Positions 13,446 to 25,330 of a DNA stretch of 64,000 nt are shown piece after piece. The stretch spans positions 62,001 to 126,000 of the forward strand of contig KZ538814.1 in the NCBI GenBank assembly GCA_000934665.2, read 5' to 3'. The notes below the pieces were generated by a model, which worked only from the letters and a program-made list of their open reading frames with translations, was not told where the DNA came from and did not search any database. Origin of the DNA: Catajapyx aquilonaris (lineage: Eukaryota). The stretch's first letter is position 1, and each line of letters starts with the position of its first letter. The position numbers and the translations under genes are program-made.

Positions 13446-14921
13446 GAGTTGCAAACGTACCGCACGCAATTTGCATGTGTATAGGCACATGCACCGAAGT
13501 GAATAACTGTGACATTTCGGTCAGACCCATACCCTACATTATTCTCTACAATATGCAGGGTGGTCCAATTGAACTGTCACCCTGTGTAGGACCACCCTGT
13601 GTAAAACGCTGTACATTAAACATCAGAAAATCGTGTCACCCTGTCAGGAAACGAAACCGCTTGCAATGTATTTAGAGTCTATACACGCTGTGTGTAATAA
13701 GTTAGTTCTCACAGAATCGATGGCACAGTTCATAACAAAGTTTCCGGGCACCAAAATAGGTTTTACCCCCAGACCGCTGCTGGTGTGTACGGTATTCTTA
13801 GGCATGCTAGGTGGTCTAGACTCTAGACCCCGTAGATATCCGATCAAGGACCTCCTTTCAGCCGTTTCGAGCTAGCAGAAAACGACTAGACCCGCCCCCA
13901 CAATGCAATTGATATGCCGTCACGGTCACGTCACTGCGACGTGAATATGAATTAGAGAGGTGGAACTGAGCTGACCAAAAATCAGGTGCCGTTGCGTGTA
14001 GGATGTTTCCAAATCATGTTACGACTATAGGTATACGGTACCGTATTAAAAGTATATAGGAACTTGGCTCGACATTTTTTTTGGACTTAATCAACCGTGT
14101 GTCAGGTGATGTTAAGATTGACCACTTTTGTGTAAGGGGGCGAACTATACATAATAGATGGAAAATAAGCAGTTGGTAACTCTCTGTTGCCGAATCTCAC
14201 AAGTCGATTTATTTGATTGCATGTTCCTCAGCCTACAATACAAATATTTATGAGCAGACAGGAGGTGCGGGTGCCAATATCCGACACCTACAGTATCGGG
14301 GGAAAGGGACTGAGGAATAGTCTGGGGCATTAATTAGTCAGATTCCCAATTAAGCACCGTTAATTTGGACTCCAAATTGCGGGTCGACCTGTGTTTTTTT
14401 TTGCGGGCGATAGCGTACTGTTCTTATGACTGGCTTCACAACGCTGTGTCATTATCTGATTGTGATCTGAAACCATTCTTACGACGTACCTTGTTATGGG
14501 TGCGGTAAATGAGTGCAATTAAGACTGGTTGACGCATCAGAGTCTATTACCCATATAAAAATGTCGTGGGATTCAACGTGAACGTGAAAACTGTCTGACT
14601 GTGAGACCAAAATTGAAAGAGAAGTGAATTTAACCCGCATATAGTTCATGAAGGCTAATTCGGGGATATCACAGCACTTTTTAAATACTATCTTGGATTT
14701 TTACTATAGTCTATTACTTCATGATTCAATCTCTATGATCTGAGATATCAGTTCAACCGGAAAGGAGATATATACGTGATACGGTAATGAAGTTTCTCAG
14801 GCTCATTGGATACTATTATACAGTTGGCCTAATTAGGCCATGTAAAGGTTTACAGGCATACAATACTGATAAATCAGAATCCTCCTTTTCCGTCGGAAGA
14901 ATGCTCTTGATTAGGGTTAAT

Positions 14922-15253
14922 AAAGGGGAGGCGAAGTGATGCTGCGGTAACGTACGCGCCCAAGGATGTTAAGGTCCCGGGTTCGATCCCAACCCGGGGA
15001 CACCCCCGTCATCTCGTGCAGAGTTCAGGGTCACCTCTGGCTTCGTCTCGGGTGGTATTTCCACATACTAAACCACCCAGGGGAGTTCACTAAAAATGGC
15101 CACGTTTAAGACATTGCACTGCACCTTGCACATCCCCTCTTGTCATCCTTGCCCGTGGGCCCGGGCGCTACGTAAAAAGGCTCAAATGTATACTTGATAT
15201 AATAAATAAAGGTCCGTGCTGCATACCTCGGATGAGGTCAAGCACTACCCCGG

Positions 15254-15328
<75 letters not shown>
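14922..15328 (+). mobile_element. tRNA-derived SINE with (ATT)n tail and 12-bp target-site duplication
   Basis: B-box GGTTCGATCCC near 14980 and pure (ATT)n tail at ~15254-15330. ATTAGGGTTAAT is duplicated at 14910-14921 and 15329-15340. Confidence 0.88.
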
Positions 15329-15332
<4 letters not shown>

Positions 15333-17478
15333 GGGTTAATTAACCTCGAAAATAGACTACTTATTTCCCGTCTATAAATGCGAAAATATTTGCCCGAAGC
15401 TTTTGCAACTATAGATTTTAACTTTTGAGTCAGAAAATTTAATCTTACTGAATTAACTAACATGTATCATACTCGTTGTTCCAACAAGGGAGTTCCGAGG
15501 CGAGTTCACTTATTTTTTGTAAGCGTTAGTCAGACAGTAGCTATCTCAAGCAACAATTTAAATGTCACACGACTCCATTTGGATAATTTTAATTTCATAG
15601 CAACAGCCATTAGCTTTTTTTCTGGAACGCCTTGTTTTTAAACTGTAGGCCTACTTGAATTCAGTGACATGAATAACTCTGTGGCCAGTCAAATTATTAA
15701 TTGAAGGTATCAGGGAGTTATATATTTTTAAAAACCTACAAGAACAGTTGCGTAGATGATTTTTGTAAAGGTTATTTTTGCGTAACAATCGCTTGAGATA
15801 CATGATACCAACTCGGTCAATCTGCCTTGGCCAGATGGACCAACAGCACCAATTTGCATAGTTTTTAATCAGTGCAGCATTAGTACATCAGCTAATGGAA
15901 ATGGTAATCAATTGACCTGGAGCTGCATATGCATACTAAACGTCATCTTATTCCTTCTGCTATTCACATTGTTACCAATCAGTTGGTGCACTGCAGTACT
16001 GTGCTCAAAATAGGCAATCCCGATTGTCCGTGTCTTTCCTCATAATTATAGACTTTAAAAATTTCCCAAAAAGAAACAAAAAAGAAAAGAAAACCCAGAA
16101 AACCCGACACTAACGCCTATAGCGATTTTGTGCCTATAGTGTTTTGTATGAGCATGATATTATCATCTGACACTTTCACCTACGTTTCTTATGAGAAAGT
16201 GTACGTAATAATATTGTGACGGTAGTACTGTACATTCCTCGTCTACGAATCGAATAGCATGCGGAAGGTGTTCCTTCTCATAACGTGACCAATATGCCCA
16301 ATATTTAGACTCAGGATAAAGTATTTATGATATTCGTACAGTATAATTAAATAACACTGTCTCACAATGACTGCGAAACAATCAACAATGTGATTAACAA
16401 TTAAAGGCCTGCTATATCATTACTATTATAAGGCTTAATGCATTACAATATAGCCTAATATTGTTATTATGGTGTGACAAAATAAGTAAATTAATCAAGA
16501 AGACTAGGATAAAACGGAAAGTATACCTCGTATTATGACCCGGGACACTAACTGTATTCTAACCGTCTCCTGATCGTGACCAATCATCATGCAATGTTTG
16601 TTGTCACAGGCTTCAGTAAATTACGATATTTTAACATATCACTGACTGCCTTAATGCACCTTTCGTTATATAAAAAAAATTACGGTATGCCTGTAGGCAT
16701 ATATTGGCTGTGACAAGGCGACCCATGTTTCATTTGCTCCCGAAACTATCGTAAACAAAGGAGTCAACATAAAGCATAGAGGGCTTGGTCAAAAACTGGC
16801 GTTTACAATGGGTCTATTTAAATAGTGGTCCTATTTACCAGCCATTTTTGGCGAGGGAAGCTCTTTTTTTGCCAGGTCTCCAGGCATGTGAACAGTCCCT
16901 AAAAGTGCCTGTTTTGATGCGAAAAGGCACAGCCCATTGTTGAATAATAAGTCTCCTGCAAGGCTACACAGGGGGGGGGGGGGGGGGNGCGGGAGGAAGG
17001 GTCTACAAAACAAGGGAGTGTCCTGTATTTCTATTTATGAAGGCAAGATTTGCTAACGGAGAGACCCCCAGAATAATTTAGGAAGGGTCAGGTTCTGTTT
17101 ATGATTTTTTCAAACAACCCCCCTCCCCCTCCCCACCCCAACCAGGTCGTACAATTAGGATGGGCCTGGGTGTCTATTTATTGTGAAAGGTCACGGAGAA
17201 TTGAATAGTTTGAAATGTGGGTGGGCGTAATACTTTGAATACCAAAGCATGGCAGGGCCAGAATAGCAAGTCGTGTATTATAAGGTCGCTATTTCCAGAT
17301 CCACACCGCATAATCCGGGCTAATGGTTTGGCCGCTGTTGAATGAGAGAGTTGTTATTTGCATTCCTACACTGGCATGGAGCCGACCTTGATTGGGATAC
17401 TTTATTCTAGCAGGGTAGGAATCTGTTCCAATGAATTTAAAAATAATAATAATTATATATATAATTTTGTGTTTGCAG

Positions 17479-17503
17479 ATTTGCTGAGCTGGTGGCCAAT
17501 AAG
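17479..17503 (+). other. Candidate 25-nt micro-exon
   Basis: ttttgtgtttgcag|ATTTGCTGAGCTGGTGGCCAATAAG|gtaaga: consensus acceptor and donor around a GC-richer core in an AT-rich context. Confidence 0.55.
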
Positions 17504-18545
17504 GTAAGACATTTTATACAGGCGGCACACTGCATTGGAACTATAGAAAATCGGAGGGGTTTTCATTGGAGCAAAATATTATGTGATAGAATGGACTATG
17601 TACTACAGTGATCAGTAGGATGCTCTCAGAGGCGAATAAGTATAGATTGCAGGATATGAGGTTTGGCAGATCCGGCGGGAGAAGCGGCAGCCGGCGGGGG
17701 AATCAATTGAGGGAAACCTCGTTACAGGTCTTGGAAAGAAGGGGACTTTTGTTTCTAGGCTTTGATCTTTGGGATGTCCCCGAAGCCACTGAAGTGTCGC
17801 AATATTGCAGACAAGCACCCTTCGGGTACCAAGCGGTAGCTGCGCTTCCGGGAGTGTAAAAATTGACTCGTCTCGCTTGGTCCAATTTGCCCAAAGCAGA
17901 ATGGAGCCTTGATATTAGCCCCGGGAGACAATAAACTCGAGTTTATCTGGTTTCCAATCCTTAAGAACTGGGTAGGACCGATAGTTTTTTATGAACTGGT
18001 GGCGTTGAAAATTTGCGGGGTCTCTTAATTTTCCAGTCCTTGTCCCCTGTTTACAATATTGTATCAGCAGGCGTGACAAGTTTTGGGTGGACTAGGCGAA
18101 CAAAGAGCGAGGGGACAATGAGGAGGAAAAGCGCAACAGGTATATGGATCGCAAAGAAAAAGCACAGAAATGAAGCCCNCCCCCCAACACAATAACAAAA
18201 CCATTTTGCGTGACATAATGGTCGCAGCCAGCAGTTAAACAAACATAAATCCCCGCCCGCGGGGCAATTTACTTGCAGGCATTGCACATGTGACAACTTT
18301 CCATTTCATGTAGGCCATCGCGATATTGCAAACACTGATATTTTACGACTGGAATTACAAATCGAACCCTCACCCAAGCTCCCCCACAACATAATCAAGG
18401 CCCCTGTAGGCTCCGTCGCTTTGTCACGAAACGCTTCCATATGTAAGCATTGTTAATTATTGGTCAGTGTGTATGTGTGCGCGTGCACAGGGTGCTCATA
18501 AAAGCCATCAAATTAAATTGGATTACGTCTCAACCGGACCTGATT

Positions 18546-18546
<1 letters not shown>

Positions 18547-18625
<79 letters not shown>
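18547..18625 (+). repeat. (ATT)n microsatellite
   Basis: Perfect trinucleotide run. Confidence 0.97.
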
Positions 18626-18627
<2 letters not shown>

Positions 18628-21600
18628 TGCCACGATTCATGCCGATGTTTAGCCGGATCTGGGCCGTTTTGAACCCAGCAGTTGGCCATGATGAATCACG
18701 TGGAAAATAACAATGTCCCGAACTGTTTGCATGATTTTGTTTGGATCCTCCGAAAAGCAAGCCACGAAAACTGTGATTAAGGTGGGAGGAAATATCGTTC
18801 AAAGGAGTGTAATGGAAGACAAATGGGCGCTAAGCTTGTGGTTAGGATCTTTGATCACGGCAATAACCCAGCCCCGAAATGAATAAGGATGGAGTACATC
18901 AATCTTGTCCTCAGGGGGTGGGAATGGGGGAGGTATAAGGCCCCCAATATTCCAACTTGGCCAATATATGGCGGAATTCTTTTAGCACGCAACACTGGCA
19001 ACAGTCATGATTTTCAGTGCCTTTGTACATTGGCATGTATTGTGTCGAGTTGGTCCCCCCCCCCCTACAATGATTTATTATCAGATTGGCATGGTTGCCT
19101 AATTTGATTGGCATCTGATACACAAACGTGACCTATCAAATTTGTATCGCATATATTTTGGGACCCATGCACTTTAGATGAATAAAAGAACACATTGACA
19201 AATTGCGACCCCGCTTTTTCTTTGAAATCTCTTGAGAGCATCGAGTTTATTTTTTGCGATTCTGTTGTTGACGTACCATGAATATCCTTGTGACATTAAA
19301 TTAGCCTGATCTTTCCCAGAGCGTTCGGGATGTGTTTATTTGCACATGCCCTGCATGTGTGTGAGAGTGAATGTGTGTTGCGCGCGCCTCGTTATGCTGC
19401 CCCGCATGTGTGGGTGTGTCATTATCGACATTAATAAAGCAAACAATTTATTATGCTGCGTGTAGGGTTGGTGATATTGGGGGGGNATTTGCAGCAAATT
19501 TTACGTACTCGTTTCAGACTTGACCTAGGCCAAGGCGACCGTTGGTTGTTCGAAGGCCGGCAATTTGGATGTCACACCCTGTACTTTCTAGTCGGGGCCA
19601 CCTGACTTGAAATTAATTTGCGAAACGGCCGTAACGGCCTTCTATGTAATGTCAAGGCCTAGGGACACCCTTATAACCCCTTAGGCCTTACGAGTTGGAG
19701 AGCGGGGGGGAGAAATTGTAGGTCACATGATGCAAGTGGGAATCAGTCAAGATCCAGTCCATGGCCAGCATGTGTGAGTGTGTGTGCATGTGTGTTATCG
19801 TGTTTCCGCGGCCGAAAATGCATAGTCCGCTGGTCAGTTGACCTTGGCGCTGGAACCGAGCTGGGTGTATTGGCGTGTCAGTAAAATTTCAAATGCGGAC
19901 TTTTATAGGCTAATTTATAGGACGTGAACGGGCCCGTAACGGTCGATTTAACACTGTCGACACTGGGGAAGCCTAGATTCCAAATTGTGCGTAGGCAACA
20001 AATAGCGGTGATCATGATATAATTGCGCGTGCAAAAATTGCATCAGCCCAACCCCGAATTATTCAGTCAGAAATTTTTTGGGAGCTCTTGAAAACACCCT
20101 CTCTTCTACAGCTCGATAAATTTTTTTATCGATATTGAAGATCTCCGGTTCCTAATGGAAACTTCTCCACCAATATTCGATTGGTTAGAAAATTATTGAT
20201 CAAGTTGGGCAACAATGACTTTACTACATTAGCAAATTATATATAAAAAAATAATTTACTTGGCAGTTATGTGATCCATGAGAACGAGATAGGTAGTGAT
20301 TATAGAGGTTAGGTTAGGGCATTGAACGTAAGGGGGTGGAGGAGTTTTTGGTGGGGGAGGGAGGAGGCACACCCCCACCCCCATCCCGCCCCTCAGACGG
20401 CGCGACCGGCTGGAAAGTGCACAGCGTTGCCATATCTCTCGGTCTGGTTCACTAATGGAATTTGGGTTGGACCCTTGCACATCTCTCGCCATTTAGATAC
20501 ACAGTTTGCAATCGGGTCCCCATGAAAAAAAAACCTGGTTGCCAATTTGTCGCGCATGGCATTTATTAGGGCGTGAACTCGCATGATTCATTATCAAGGC
20601 GTGAATGCCTCCCACCCCCCTTCGTACACCCATAGCAACCAGTCTTCTTGTAACGGCCAGGACCTTGGGAAATCGTTAATGTTATCGTAGGCCATGTCTC
20701 GTTTTATTGGGCGTGTGTTTTTCCCGAAGCAAATCGAAACGGAAATGCATGCGGTGAGAAGAATTGGCAACATCGATGAGAAGCTTTCGGCAAGGCCAAA
20801 AAAGTGGACCGAACATCCTTTTATATTTGCACTCCCCACCTCTCCTTCCCCCATCCCATCATATACCCGACTTTTTAGACCAATTGTTGCAAAATATACA
20901 GTTTCCCCCAATCGGTCGCCTATAAATCCAACTGTCAGGGACCTGAAATGTAATCGATACTATCCCGATTTACATTTATTACTGCAATTTGACGCGCTAT
21001 AATCGACAGTATTGTTACATTTACTGCATTGGCAATCAATAAAATCAAGCCGATCCTCCGATACACATTTTTTTTTTTTGGTTTATCCTTATGTATATGA
21101 GTCGGGCTTAAGCTTATAACCAGAGGCATTTGGAAGATGAGGAGAAGGCAGCCAGCGTGGGTCCTCGTCGACGGTTGCACGGCACCCTTTGGAGTAATTT
21201 CCTCCCAAATCCACTTGATAGCGACTGAAGGGTGAAATTATATTGCCACTCCATTATCGTCGGCGACAATCTGTTCCAGAGCAAGCTAGGAATTCAGTTC
21301 TAAATAGGTTTTGCAAGGAATGGGAATCGGGAGGCGTTTCAGAATCAATCGAAAAGAGCCCGCCGCGAATTATCCCGTCGCACCCAACCCCCGAGTCAGA
21401 TTAATGGAAACTGGCCTCACCGGGTGTACCACAAAGTTCCGCCATAATCAATCAATATCATTTTGGTTTTTTTTTTCAAAAAAAATTGAATTGTATTAAA
21501 AAAAAATATATATTTTTGCAGATAGAAACTTGCGTCTTGGTGTGAACGATCAAGCTAGGAGGCTCAAGTGGCAACGCTGAACTCCCCTCCACTTCCTCCC

Positions 21601-21903
21601 CTCCTCCAACTCCTTCTGGAGTCATTGGTGTCGGCTGTTGCCATGCGGGATTGTAGGCTGCCTGTGGCCTTCCAAGGATTACAAGTGGAAGGAGGAGGAG
21701 GGACGGGGGGGAGGGGGAGGACCAGAGCCCAGGAAATTCACGACATTTGCCCCCTAAAAATGACCTACAGCGGTACACTGTACGCGACTTAGAAGTGGGT
21801 CTTACACAAATGTAAGACCATTCCGATGATAATCATGCATGGCCCCCAGGACTATTGAATTGTCCGGACTGTATTTGTATTTTTTCGAGGGGGGTTTTGG
21901 GGG

Positions 21904-22116
21904 NNNNNNNNNNNNNNNNNNNNNNNNNNNNNNNNNNNNNNNNNNNNNNNNNNNNNNNNNNNNNNNNNNNNNNNNNNNNNNNNNNNNNNNNNNNNNNNNN
22001 NNNNNNNNNNNNNNNNNNNNNNNNNNNNNNNNNNNNNNNNNNNNNNNNNNNNNNNNNNNNNNNNNNNNNNNNNNNNNNNNNNNNNNNNNNNNNNNNNNNN
22101 NNNNNNNNNNNNNNNN
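21904..22116. other. Assembly gap
   Basis: Run of N flanked by poly-G. Confidence 0.99.
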
Positions 22117-23989
22117 GGGGGGGGGGGTCACTTGATTACGCTAATGGTGACCACACTAGATGGAGTTGCATGTGCGAAGAAATTGGCAGGAAAGTTAGGC
22201 CCGAACGGGGAATCGAACCCGGTGTCAGTTCCGTTAATGGTAACTAATAATGAATGAGACAGCAATTTTTTAAGTATTAAGTTATTGGCTGTATTAAGCA
22301 TACAGTGTTACTTGGGGCAAGTGGGGTTACTTGGTTAGCGTCAATTCAATATCAAAGATTAGAACACTGTGAGGTTTCTCGTGCATGTAGATGTCAAAGA
22401 GGTCACGCACTTAGTTAGCTAATGTGGCCGTAACTAGAAGGGACACAATAGCCGCGTGACATTGCCTGTGCTCTAATCGCGAAGATTTTACCTGTTTGGT
22501 GCAGGGATTGACATGCTGGTGGTTTGAAATACAAAGTTTCTCTTTGGTGTACAGTATACCGTGTCCAGTATTTAATAAATTATTCTACTATCATACAGTA
22601 GTAGAAAAGGGACAGGGTTGGGTGCTTCCTGTGAGCCTGCTGGAGGTCGAGACATAATACTGTATTATCAAGATAAGTGGAATTCGTATACCCGACGATT
22701 TTTATTTTTTCTACATTTTAAAATAGGCAAATTTTATAGACGTATTCTTCTAATATAATAATTCTTTGTTTTTTGGTACCAAAAATTAATATCATAGAAA
22801 GTATTAAAACCTCACCATAATCCCACTTTTGTTTCAAGTGATCATATCAGCACAGGAAGTCTAGCTGTGACCTTTGTTCCAATCATGTATTCTATAGAAA
22901 AACACTGCAATGTAGAACAATCACCCCATCAGCAGAGTGACTTTGTTCCGTTTTTTGTGCACGGGATAATGAAACTAGCGAAACAAACCAGACCTTGTTT
23001 CTCTTGGGCTTAGACTCTATAAATATATAATCAGCAATAGCTGATGAGCAAAAAAGTTTGCAAAATATACAAACTTGTGGACCAAATTGTAACCTACTCG
23101 AAGTAAGTTTCCCCTATTATTTCGAGGTCCAGGGGCTTCTATTTGCACCAGCAAAAAATGACTAATGACTCTCTAAACTCAACCTACAAAACAAAATGAT
23201 GTTGTTGATGACTTGGTAAAGAGCAGGCGAGGCTTTTGGATCCCAGCTGATTAACAATTTTATTCCAATTTGGCATGATGATGTGTCCACAGCCGCGATT
23301 CCGCTCCTTCTGCAAAAACAATGTACAAGGTCGTGATTCAATGTTAGTGACAAGATAAGGAAAACTAATTGAACTTCCAGGCATATGAGCGCGCTAAATG
23401 TTTGTCGCGTTGGAACTCGATTACATAACATTATGTAATTTGAGATACGCGCTTGTTTGTTTATAAATAGTGTATCGGTTTTAGAAGGATCAAGACTCTT
23501 TAGGCGACGCGGAAGCCTATCAACACCGGATTACGTATCGTGGGGTCAATGCTAATAGTGGACGCATGTGCTCTGATTGATATGCAATCTTCCCCGTGAT
23601 TAAATTACATAAGTGTCATTTGACATCACTTTTTTTTTACATAATAATTCTGAAAGGCAACGTCCGTTTGAAGAGGGGGGGCAGATTACAAGAAGTCGAT
23701 ACTGACTTCCTTTGATGACCGTCGAGATGGGGCAGGAGCGCGGCTGCCAAAAAGTGGACAAGGAGAAGTGCTCGTTTCGATTCCTATCATTTTCAGAGGG
23801 GGGGTTCAAAATGGTCACCTCAACTGCATCAAACTCGAGTTTTCTTGATGGCCTCTCTCGTCCAGGAAAATATTCTCCATGAAATGGCCTCCTTTCCAGA
23901 AAGGGATTTTCATACACCCTGTCAGTATCGATTGACCCTTCTAGTTTTGCTGTATTGTTGCGATAGTTCGTAATAGTACCGTAAAAAAA

Positions 23990-25330
23990 AATAATCAAAA
24001 AGGCATGGCAACAGCGCGGAATCGAGCGAGTTCAGCCGGCGGCCGTGTTTGCAACAGTAGCGCCACTGCAGTCGCAGCAACTGCTCCACCCTCCCACCTC
24101 TCGGCAGATATTGGAACTTCTAGGAACTCCCCGCCTTTTTTTTTTTTTTTTTTNNNNNNNNNNNNNNNNNNNNNNNNNNNNNNNNNNNNNNNNNNNNNNN
24201 NNNNNNNNNNNNNNNNNNNNNNNNNNNNNNNNNNNNNNNNNNNNNNNNNNNNNNNNNNNNNNNNNNNNNNNNNNNNNNNNNNNNNNNNNNNNNNNNNNNN
24301 NNNNNNNNNNNNNNNNNNNNNNNNNNNNTTGGAGGGGGGGGGTAGCGTTAGTGTGTGTGTGTGTGTGCATGGGGGGGATAGGGGAGGGGGGGAACAAGTG
24401 AGATGGGGAGAGGAGGGGGGATGTGGAGCATGCTCTGTAGCAGCGGCAGCCATCATGGGTTTCGAAAATGGCCAATGGGAAGGGAAGTTATATTTGCATT
24501 CATTACCCGGGTGGGAGGGTTTTGGAAGCGCGCGGATTGATAGGGTTAGGTGGTACCACTGGTCTGCGAGCCAATTGCAGCCTGGGATATACAACCATTT
24601 TCAGCCTCCCCCCTTCCTACCCCCCCAACTACAACTCTACCTACTAGTCTACCCTAGTAACCGCCCACATTTTCGCTGTCCCTTTTGTTTAGCCTTGAAT
24701 TTTGCACGGGAGTATGCAAAAGCGGGGCAATGTGGCCATTTCTCTCTCGGAGGCTCCTGCCATTTTTTATATATACATATTCCAGTTTTTTTTCTTTTCT
24801 TTTTTTGCAAATTAGGGGGGGGATGGGCCGGAGTGGTTGGACTGGGTAGGGGGGGTAGGTCAAGGGGAGGGGGATGTCCAGGATAAGGAGAGGCTCCTAG
24901 GCGTGGAAAGAATCTAGTGAGATTTGGCGGGTGTCTCCGGGTTGATCGGGGGGGTCTCCTCATCTATCAAGCAGGAAACCACACGTGATCAGTGCATCTA
25001 GTGATAGTGCAGAAACAGTGTGGGAAATCCTAAGGGGGCCCATGGATACTCTGGCCAAACTATCCAAAAAAGGTAAGGGACGTAGAGAAGCAGCAGCTGG
25101 TAAGTCCGGTGCGTGTGTGTGTGTGTCTACTCGACATATGGTATTCGTATAAAAGTTTTAAATTGCGAAGGAGCAGTCAGCCATCCGCGATTCCGGGAGG
25201 GCAGGGGCAGATTGCGATTTGAAGCCGGGGAGGTCAGGCGGGATTCGCCGGGTGGTGTTGCGTTAGGCCGCCCGGTGCGAGTGTTATATAGGCATGCGCG
25301 TGGTCCTTTATAAGAAGGGTCTGGATGCGG
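23990..25330. promoter_or_regulatory. Putative promoter/first-exon island
   Basis: CpG-rich with G-run clusters. GCCATTTTTTATATATA at ~24760-24775, E-box CACGTG at 24982, strong donor CTG|GTAAGT at 25100. Confidence 0.35.
24154..24328. other. Assembly gap
   Basis: Run of N after poly-T and before G-rich sequence. Confidence 0.99.

Noticed and set aside
13556..13612. CAGGGTGGTCC...GGACCACCCTG mini inverted repeat
   Set aside because: Probably a mariner-type MITE remnant, but too short to delimit reliably.
18450..18802. Poly-Leu/Ile/Asn ORFs (also 15245-15463 and 38280-38564)
   Set aside because: These are translations of (ATT)n microsatellites.
24005..24886. Longest ORF in the track (293 aa)
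   Set aside because: It spans an N gap and low-complexity G/T runs and has no recognisable domain.
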